The notes beneath the pieces were generated by a model that worked only from the letters and a program-made list of their open reading frames with translations, did no database searches and was not told the origin of the DNA. A stretch of DNA of 64,000 nt from Bacteroidia bacterium (GTDB lineage: Bacteria > Bacteroidota > Bacteroidia > UBA8524), in the NCBI GenBank assembly GCA_965249955.1, contig OZ252261.1, forward strand, positions 2,426,773 through 2,490,772. The letters run 5' to 3'. The position numbers and the translations under genes were made by a program. Positions 29,790-37,049 of this stretch are shown here, piece by piece. Position 1 is the first letter of the stretch; every line of letters begins with the position of its first letter.

Positions 29790-31202
29790 TTATTTTACTG
29801 TTGTTGCACAAACAAATGGGGTGCAAGGCACTTCGGTTTCGCTAATGGCACTCATGCCGCCCTCTATGTTTATCATATTGTTGTAACCGCGTGCTTTTAG
29901 TATTGACGATGCAATAACCGAGCGGTAACCGCCTGCACAGTGCAGGTAAAATGGGGTATCTTTGGGGAAAGAAGCCATATTGTTGTTTATATAATCAAGG
30001 GCTATATTGGTAGCACCTTCTACGTGTTCGGCTTCGTATTCGCTTTGTTTACGTACATCAATTACGGTTAGCGGGTGTTGTGCATGACGGTGTGCAAACT
30101 CAAATGCTGATATAGAGGTAATACTGTCGGTTTCTTTGCCTTCAGCTTCCCAAGCGGCATAGCTGCCGTTTAAAAAGCCCAGTACATTATCGTAACCAAC
30201 GCGAGCAAGACGAGTTACTACTTCTTCTTCACGTCCGGGTTCGCAAACTAATAGCAGGTTTTGACGCACATCAGGTATTAAAGCACCTACCCAAGGGGCA
30301 AAATTACCGTCGATACCAATATTTATACTGTTGGGTATAAAGCCTTTAACAAAATGCTCGGGGTTGCGGGTATCTAATACCAGTGCACCAGTTTCATTAG
30401 CGGCTACTTCAAAAGCCTCTACCGATAGTGGAGTAGTACCGCGTTGCAATACTTCGCCAATAGCATCGTAACCTTCTTTGTTCATGCGAACGTTTTGAGG
30501 GAAATATGCAGGTGGAGGCAGCAAACCGTCGGTTACTTCTTTTACAAACTCTTCCTTGGTCATATTAGCACGTAGTGCATAGTTGGTTTGTTTTTGGTTG
30601 CCAATGGTTGATACGGTTTCGTCGCTCATGTTTTTACCACAAGCCGAACCTGCACCGTGTGCGGGGTATACTATTACATCATCACCCAAAGTCATTACTT
30701 TATTTCTTAGCGAATCGTATAGCAACTCTGCCAATTGCTCTTGAGTCATGCTTGCTGCTTTTTGAGCTAAGTCGGGGCGACCTACATCACCTATAAATAG
30801 GGTATCTCCTGTAAATAGTGAGTTTTCGTTACCCTTTTCGTCTTTCAGTAAATAGCAGCTCGATTCCATAGTATGCCCTGGTGTGTGTAACACTTTAAAG
30901 CTTACATCGCCCAGTTTAAATTCTTCGCCATCTGTTGCTACATAAGCATCAAACGATGGTTTTGCGGTGGGGCCATAAATTATTTTTGCACCCGTTGCTT
31001 TAGCCAAATCTATATGACCTGATACGAAATCGGCATGGAAGTGAGTTTCAAAAACGTATTTAATCTTCACACCGTCTTTTTCAGCCCTATCTATATAGGG
31101 TTGTATTTCGCGCAATGGGTCGATAATAGCGGCCTCATTGCCTGATGTAATGTAGTACGCGCCCTGTGCAAGGCAACCTGTATATATTTGTTCTATTTTC
31201 AT
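29790..31202 (-). CDS. MBL-fold persulfide dioxygenase-like hydrolase fused to rhodanese domains (CstB/Blh-like)
   Basis: 'ETHFHADFVSGH', 'HTPGHT', 'FTGDTLFIGDVGRPDL', 'PAHGAGSACG', then two rhodanese-like domains, the last with 'HCAGGYRS'. Confidence 0.9.
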   Translation of the reverse strand: MKIEQIYTGCLAQGAYYITSGNEAAIIDPLREIQPYIDRAEKDGVKIKYVFETHFHADFVSGHIDLAKATGAKIIYGPTAKPSFDAYVATDGEEFKLGDVSFKVLHTPGHTMESSCYLLKDEKGNENSLFTGDTLFIGDVGRPDLAQKAASMTQEQLAELLYDSLRNKVMTLGDDVIVYPAHGAGSACGKNMSDETVSTIGNQKQTNYALRANMTKEEFVKEVTDGLLPPPAYFPQNVRMNKEGYDAIGEVLQRGTTPLSVEAFEVAANETGALVLDTRNPEHFVKGFIPNSINIGIDGNFAPWVGALIPDVRQNLLLVCEPGREEEVVTRLARVGYDNVLGFLNGSYAAWEAEGKETDSITSISAFEFAHRHAQHPLTVIDVRKQSEYEAEHVEGATNIALDYINNNMASFPKDTPFYLHCAGGYRSVIASSILKARGYNNMINIEGGMSAISETEVPCTPFVCATTVK

Positions 31203-31312
31203 CGCAGTTAATATTTTATCTAAATTGTAATACAAAGGTCGGTATGTTTCAACCGCCGTTTGGGAACATTTGTTGGATAAGAAGATTTTTTTATAATAAA
31301 GCGCGTATGAAC

Positions 31313-31348
31313 AAAAAAGCCTCTTTAAGATATTCTTAAAGAGGCTTT
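31313..31348 (-). terminator. Terminator after 133-aa orphan gene
   Basis: aaagcctctttaaga-tat-tcttaaagaggcttt. Confidence 0.75.
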
Positions 31349-31368
31349 CTGTTAAAGGGATATGAGGT

Positions 31369-31770
31369 TTAATTTATATCGACAATTATATCAGGAGCTG
31401 CGAAGGTTAAGGAGAAAAGCCTGGGTATGCCCATACAATCGGTATAGGTGAAGTTTGGGGTTACTGCATCAAGTGTTATTGTATAAACCAATGCAGCAGG
31501 AGTACAAGAAAGATCGGAAAAGGTTATGACTACTGAGCTAAAGTTACCCATAAGGCAAGGCACAGGCTTTTGCATTTGTGTAGTGAAAGGAGGGAGAGTA
31601 AACGAAATGGGGCCGCATCCGCCTACATAATTAAAATCTACAGTGCCATTAGCAAGCGGGGTGTTGTTGTTTACTATTAAGCCATCGTTAATTAATGTTA
31701 CTTGTGCTGATAGATTGCCGCCAATGGCAACCATAGCAATAAGAATTAAAAGTTTTAGTGTTGATTTCAT
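31369..31770 (-). CDS. Hypothetical secreted beta-rich protein (4 Cys)
   Basis: Clear signal peptide (..GNLSA|Q), own terminator, no recognisable family. Confidence 0.6.
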   Translation of the reverse strand: MKSTLKLLILIAMVAIGGNLSAQVTLINDGLIVNNNTPLANGTVDFNYVGGCGPISFTLPPFTTQMQKPVPCLMGNFSSVVITFSDLSCTPAALVYTITLDAVTPNFTYTDCMGIPRLFSLTFAAPDIIVDIN

Positions 31771-31972
31771 AAAGCAATTTTTTAGTTTATAATCAAGTTT
31801 ACTAATTTCTTTATGTAAAGAGTAGTTTATTTTAACTTTTTCGATGAAAATGATGGGGTAATCTATTTCAGTGTTTTGAAATTGAGCAAGGGCAGTTTGA
31901 TAACTTATTGTTCGACTCAGCTAACTATTACAGCTCACAAGGGGGACAATGCGCTGCAATGATTTTAGAAAT

Positions 31973-32590
31973 CTATTCTTTTTTCAGCACGAACCTATAG
32001 CCGTTTGCCATTTTGTGAATTGCCTTTCTTTTCTTTATACGCCATTTTTCATTCACAATAGCCCTATATGAAAAGAGATTGAGCCTTATTTTGTAAATAT
32101 TTGAGCGACTCTCTTTAGGGCTAAAAACAATTTCTCTATAAATGTATTGTATGAAAATAGTGTCAGGTGGATATTCAACAGGTATTGAAATTCTGCCATC
32201 TTCAAGTACATAGCCTGTTATTACTTGTTTATTCTTGAGAATAATTTTGTACAAAGCATACTCCAAAGGAGAACTGTCTAAGTCTGTAACAAATAGTTCT
32301 ATTCTGTTATTATCAACCGTGTCGGAAAATAATTCTTCGACTGTTTCGCCACTATTATCTGAATTAAGGATTATATCATTATGGTCTTTTATCCATTTCC
32401 CAAAAATTTTCTCATATCCCGTGCATGTAGATTCTTCAAAAAGAAAAGTAGAATCGTCCTTTATCGTAAGGGCTGCACTATAAAAAGGAACATTTTTTTC
32501 GTAAACTCCAACATAGCTGCGTTTTGCACATGAAGTGAGTAATACTAATACTATTATAAGAGCATAATATTTTTGGATAAGCCTCAACAT
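31973..32590 (-). CDS. Hypothetical lipoprotein
   Basis: Lipobox LLTSC; 'L.I..DSTF.F.......G.W' lipocalin-like start followed by an Ig-like segment; AT-rich. Confidence 0.6.
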   Translation of the reverse strand: MLRLIQKYYALIIVLVLLTSCAKRSYVGVYEKNVPFYSAALTIKDDSTFLFEESTCTGYEKIFGKWIKDHNDIILNSDNSGETVEELFSDTVDNNRIELFVTDLDSSPLEYALYKIILKNKQVITGYVLEDGRISIPVEYPPDTIFIQYIYREIVFSPKESRSNIYKIRLNLFSYRAIVNEKWRIKKRKAIHKMANGYRFVLKKE

Positions 32591-32643
32591 ACCTTATAAA
32601 CGTTTGTAGTTTATTAAGGGATGTAACTTAGTCATTAAATAAT

Positions 32644-33420
32644 TTACAATACCAACTCCTTCACAATAATAAACACGCCCATAGCTAGAATAAACCAACC
32701 CAAAAGAGGTTTCAGTTTCGCACCGCTAATAAATTTTGAAAGGTAAACTCCCAACAATAACCCAACGATAGAAATACCACTAAACCCTATAAGAAAAACC
32801 CAATCGGGTTGTGTATTGGGTAAATCGGCAGCAAAACCAGTAAGAGCATTTAGGGAAATAATTAATAATGATGTACCTACGGCTTGCTTAATATCTTGTT
32901 TCAGTACCAAAACCAAAGCGGGTACTATTAAAAAACCTCCTCCGGCACCCAACAAACCTGTTATCATTCCTGTAAAAAAACCTGTAATTATCAAACGGGT
33001 GCGAGATGGCGATGTATTGGTTTCTGCTACTTGGGCTGATTTTTTTAACATTCCTCTGGCCGCTACCAGCATAAACACTGCAAATAGCAGCATTAGTGCA
33101 AGGCTTTTGCTCAGGGTAAAAGCATTTGTGGTAAGTATGGTTTCAGGTATTAGGGGCAATAACCAACTGCGCACCAACACTACTGATACCAGTGAGGGAA
33201 GCGCAAAGGTGATGGCTGCTTTAAAGTTGACCATCTTTTTTAGTCCATAGTTAACTACCCCTGCCAGTGACGTGATGCCGACAATAAATAACGAGTAGTT
33301 AATGGCCGTGGCAGGCAAAACACCGCCAATATATACCAGCACAGGCACGGTGAGTATACTGCCTCCGCTGCCCATAAGCCCAAGAGTAATACCAATGGCT
33401 AATGCAAAAACGTATTCCAT
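32644..33420 (-). CDS. TauE/SafE family sulfite exporter
   Basis: 'LGLMGSGGSILTVPVL' and repeated 'GLLGAGGGFLIVPAL', 'AVGTSL'. Confidence 0.93.
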   Translation of the reverse strand: MEYVFALAIGITLGLMGSGGSILTVPVLVYIGGVLPATAINYSLFIVGITSLAGVVNYGLKKMVNFKAAITFALPSLVSVVLVRSWLLPLIPETILTTNAFTLSKSLALMLLFAVFMLVAARGMLKKSAQVAETNTSPSRTRLIITGFFTGMITGLLGAGGGFLIVPALVLVLKQDIKQAVGTSLLIISLNALTGFAADLPNTQPDWVFLIGFSGISIVGLLLGVYLSKFISGAKLKPLLGWFILAMGVFIIVKELVL

Positions 33421-33474
33421 AAGAGCAAAGGTAGGGCTAGTATGAAGAATGCTTGGTGATAATTGTTACACAAG

Positions 33475-34095
33475 CTAAAGCAACTCAATGCTGTTACGCC
33501 CTAGTTTTACCAAACCTTTTTGTTCCATAGTGCGTAGCAAGCGGCTAATAGCTTCGCGGTGGGTGTGTAATTCGTCGGCTATTTGTTGGTGGGTTATTTC
33601 TAGTGTTTTGGTGTTTAATGCTTTGCAACGTTCGGTAATGTAATGTAGCAATTGTTTATCCATGTGCCCAAAGGCAATTAAGTCAACTACTTGCATCAAC
33701 TCGGCAAAACGGTTGTTGTAGTTGTTGCTCACATAAGCCTTCCACTCAGGATATTTAAACCAATCTTCGGTTTGTTTCACCGGTATTTGCAGTACTTCTG
33801 TATCGTCTTCGGCAACAGCTTTTATCATACTTTTTTTGCCTGCTTGGCAACAAGTTAACGACATAGCACAGGTTTGCCCCGGGTACAGGTGGTATAAAAA
33901 CACTTCACGTCCGTCGTCGTCTTGTCGTAAAATGCGTATGCAGCCTTTTAATACTATGGGGATGAATAGAACATCATCGCCGGGTTCTATAAGAAATTCT
34001 TCTTTTTCAAATTGTTTTAACCTGCCAAATCTGTCTATTTCAGCAATTAAAGCGGGGTCGCTAAAAATTTGAGTGCCTTTATCCGTTTGTTGCAT
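33475..34095 (-). CDS. Crp/Fnr family transcriptional regulator
   Basis: cNMP-binding fold ('LY.L.PGQTCAMS..CC') and C-terminal HTH 'THQQIADELHTHREAISRLL'. Confidence 0.92.
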   Translation of the reverse strand: MQQTDKGTQIFSDPALIAEIDRFGRLKQFEKEEFLIEPGDDVLFIPIVLKGCIRILRQDDDGREVFLYHLYPGQTCAMSLTCCQAGKKSMIKAVAEDDTEVLQIPVKQTEDWFKYPEWKAYVSNNYNNRFAELMQVVDLIAFGHMDKQLLHYITERCKALNTKTLEITHQQIADELHTHREAISRLLRTMEQKGLVKLGRNSIELL

Positions 34096-34188
34096 AAACT
34101 TAAGGCAAAATAAAGGCTTTATAGGGTTAAAAGTACCATAAACAAGATTTTAAGGAGGCTTTGCACAGTATTTATATTACTAATAAAA

Positions 34189-34218
34189 CAATAGAGGCCG
34201 CATTTGCGGCCTCTATTG
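34189..34218 (-). terminator. Terminator after response regulator
   Basis: caatagaggccgca-tt-tgcggcctctattg. Confidence 0.75.
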
Positions 34219-34245
34219 TATAACTATTTAGGGTTAATGTATGAA

Positions 34246-34902
34246 TTACATAATTTTTACCACACCATTTTTTATGGCAAAAATTACCAAACCCACACGA
34301 GTACGAACGCTTATTTTTTGGAATAGCGAATCACGGTAACCGTCAACTGTGCGTACGCTTACATTCATCAACTCAGCTATTTCTTTGTACGATAAATCGT
34401 TGCAAATGTGCTCTAAAAAGGTAATCTCGCGTTGGCTTAGTTTATCCAGTATATCCGAGTTTTTATCCCAACGGGTATGGTAGTTTATAGAGTTTGCCAT
34501 TGTTTTAGATACATACTCAGAGTAGTAATACCCTTTGTTGTGCACATCATCAATAGCAGTAAAAAGCTCCTCAGGGTCAGCATCTTTCAGCACATATCCT
34601 CTTGCACCTAGTTTTATCATTTTTATAATTGCAGCTTCATTGTCTTCAACGGTTACAGCAATTATTCGCACCATAGGATAGTCTTTGCGTAGTTTGCCTG
34701 CTACCGTAAAACCATCTTGCCCTTGCATACTAATGTCAAGCAAAACCACTTCAGGTTCTTGGCCTGAGCGCAGATAGTCAAAAAACTCAGCCCCACTTTC
34801 AGCTTCAAAAATTATTTCAAACTTTTCTTCGGTTTCAAGAAGATTGGCTAAAGCCCTTCTAAAAAGTTTATGGTCATCAACCAAAGCAATTTTTATAGGC
34901 AT
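34246..34902 (-). CDS. NarL/LuxR family response regulator
   Basis: Receiver 'VDDH...VLLDISM...DG...GARGYVLKD' and LuxR HTH 'LSQRE..FL..IC...SYKEIA..M.VS.RTV'. Confidence 0.95.
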   Translation of the reverse strand: MPIKIALVDDHKLFRRALANLLETEEKFEIIFEAESGAEFFDYLRSGQEPEVVLLDISMQGQDGFTVAGKLRKDYPMVRIIAVTVEDNEAAIIKMIKLGARGYVLKDADPEELFTAIDDVHNKGYYYSEYVSKTMANSINYHTRWDKNSDILDKLSQREITFLEHICNDLSYKEIAELMNVSVRTVDGYRDSLFQKISVRTRVGLVIFAIKNGVVKIM

Positions 34903-34906
34903 ATAT

Positions 34907-35743
34907 TTAATTGTTAGTAGGGTGTTTTAATAAAGTATTTTTGGTTGGGGCAGTAATCTTAATTATAGTGCCATTGTCTTCACTACTTTCCAAAGTTAAT
35001 ACACCACCAATAATTTTTACCCTATTCTTCATATTTCTTAATCCGTTGCCGCTAAGTACAGCACTTCTTTTTTCAATATTTTTTATACTAAACCCCTTGC
35101 CATCGTCAGTTACAGTAAGTATCAAATCATCAGGAAAGTAGTGTAGCTCAACCGTCAAATTTTTGGCTTCAGCATGTTTTATGGCATTGTTTAGCAGTTC
35201 TTGTGCAATTCTAAAAAGTACAATTTGTATTCGTCCGTCAAACTTGTATGGAGTTCCTACGGTTCTTAGGTTAGTGGTTAAAAAGCCGGTTCGGTTTACT
35301 TTATCCAGCTCAATCTTTAATGATTCTTCTAATCCAAAGTTAGAGATAAAATCTTGCGAAAGCGTTTTGGTAATGCTTCGCATATCGTTTATAACGCCTG
35401 AAACTTGTACTTTCAGTTCGTCTATTATTTCAGTTTCTTTTTCGGCATTTCCGCCAACCATTCTGCCAAGTTTAACAAGGTTTAGCTTAACTACGGAGAG
35501 CATTTGACCAAGGTTATCGTGTATTTCGGCAGCTACACTATTAAGCACTTGTTCTTGTAGCTCAATTTTCGATTTTAACATTTCGTTGTTAAAATCTTCG
35601 CGCATTTTTTGCACTTGTCGTTTGTGTTTGTATGCCCTACGTTGGTATACAAACAAAAACAACACAATAAAGCTAACTAGCAGCAGCAGTATTATTGTTA
35701 CTATTACAATAAGTTGAATTATATCCGATTCTTTTGTTTGCAA
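34907..35743 (-). CDS. HisKA_3 histidine kinase with one N-terminal TM and no sensor domain
   Basis: 'EIHDNLGQ' H-box, 'LFRIAQELLNNAIKHA', 'DDGKGF', 'GNGLRNM'. Confidence 0.93.
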   Translation of the reverse strand: MQTKESDIIQLIVIVTIILLLLVSFIVLFLFVYQRRAYKHKRQVQKMREDFNNEMLKSKIELQEQVLNSVAAEIHDNLGQMLSVVKLNLVKLGRMVGGNAEKETEIIDELKVQVSGVINDMRSITKTLSQDFISNFGLEESLKIELDKVNRTGFLTTNLRTVGTPYKFDGRIQIVLFRIAQELLNNAIKHAEAKNLTVELHYFPDDLILTVTDDGKGFSIKNIEKRSAVLSGNGLRNMKNRVKIIGGVLTLESSEDNGTIIKITAPTKNTLLKHPTNN

Positions 35744-36366
35744 AGTATTCCTATTGTGAAAAGTACATTTTGAAGAATATTCAAAACAGAATTAATCGTC
35801 CATATCGAAGTCCGCAGACTAGGAGGTAAATGTATATATTTATGAAAATAGTTAAACAAAATTATAGTGCCAACACTATAAAATAAAATACCGGTACTAA
35901 TCCAAAACATAGGCACCTTTGTTAGGTTTGAGTGTTCGATGCCTTTAATAAGCTGATAGAAATATAAAAGTGTAGTAACAGCAACTGTGAAACCACCTAC
36001 CGTTGTTGTTAAAGTGTTAAAATTATAAAGCCCGTTAATAACAAGTATATCAAGAAAATAAACAATAAGGGTAATGACTGAAAATGATAGAACAACATTT
36101 TTTAATTTTTTCTCTTGAAAAACAGAATAGTAAAGATAAAAATAAACGGAGTACTCAATTATAGCGAGTATATTATATATATGAAGATTTTGTTGCCCAA
36201 AAATGGCTAAATAAACACATACACTTTCTTTTATAAGCGTTATAAGTAAATAAAGAGAAAAGAGCCTTAATCTTGTATCAAGGCTCTTAAAATTCATTAA
36301 ACTTCCAGCAATAGGCAGTATTACTGAAAAGGTAGAAACATATGAAAATAAATATGTTGAGGCCAA
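35719..36366 (-). CDS. Uncharacterised 7-TM membrane protein (putative receptor)
   Basis: Seven hydrophobic segments in 215 aa; 'N..IYN', 'P.FW..TG.L.Y', 'N..LN' motifs; 3' end overlaps the kinase start. Confidence 0.75.
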   Translation of the reverse strand: MASTYLFSYVSTFSVILPIAGSLMNFKSLDTRLRLFSLYLLITLIKESVCVYLAIFGQQNLHIYNILAIIEYSVYFYLYYSVFQEKKLKNVVLSFSVITLIVYFLDILVINGLYNFNTLTTTVGGFTVAVTTLLYFYQLIKGIEHSNLTKVPMFWISTGILFYSVGTIILFNYFHKYIHLPPSLRTSIWTINSVLNILQNVLFTIGILCKQKNRI

Positions 36367-36369
36367 TTT

Positions 36370-36720
36370 TTAGCTGTTTAGAGGGCTTCCGTTGGTATCG
36401 CATTGCATTGGGCATGGCGACCCGTGATTTAATACATGATTGTTTGCTGCCAATTGGTCATTTTCGCTTTCGTCAGCACCTACAAGCACTAGTGATAACT
36501 CTTGCCATTTTTTCCCATCTTCGCTCACTTCAACAGCTCCAAAATAACAACGGATACCCATACACTCGGGTTGATTAAGTATGGCTTGTAACTTTTCTTT
36601 GCCAAAAAAAATAGCTTTACGTTTTCTGTCGTTCGTCAAAAAACTATCTCTATAGTCTTTTGTCATTGTGCTTCCCTCCGAAATTGTGATAAAAGTTCCT
36701 TCTGTTCCATTAAATGCCAT
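36370..36720 (-). CDS. Uncharacterised small protein with C-terminal PCPxxC motif
   Basis: 116 aa, no signal peptide; 'FFGKEKL..IL.QPECMGIRCYFG...LVLVGAD...GSPCPMQC'; first gene of the operon. Confidence 0.8.
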   Translation of the reverse strand: MAFNGTEGTFITISEGSTMTKDYRDSFLTNDRKRKAIFFGKEKLQAILNQPECMGIRCYFGAVEVSEDGKKWQELSLVLVGADESENDQLAANNHVLNHGSPCPMQCDTNGSPLNS

Positions 36721-37049
36721 AAGTTTAAGTTTTTTTAAGTTAACACTAAATTAATACGGCTAAATTAGTTATTATATGTAGTAAAGTGAAAAACTGTATG
36801 TTACCGTTTAATCACCTGTTTTATATATTTTTGATTTACAGTTGTTTATGATATTTTTTTGAAAAAAAATGGGTTTTTACACTTGTGTTTATACGGTGAA
36901 AAAACGGTGTTTATATAAGCTAAAATTGTATTCTGATAGTATAAGAAGCTGATTTTTTCGAGATTAATTCATCGAATAGATAAGTGCAGAGTATAAAAAT
37001 TTGTGTGCAGTATTTATATTCGTGTTTTACACTAAAAAAAATACTACAC

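Noticed and set aside
27171-34220. Possible genomic island integrated at tRNA-Asp
   Set aside because: No integrase or transposase, and no downstream duplicate of the tRNA 3' end was found by eye; only weak scars are reported as findings.
35719-36366. Possibility that the 7-TM protein is a microbial rhodopsin or heliorhodopsin
   Set aside because: No Lys in the seventh helix for a retinal Schiff base, so a light-sensing call is unsupported.
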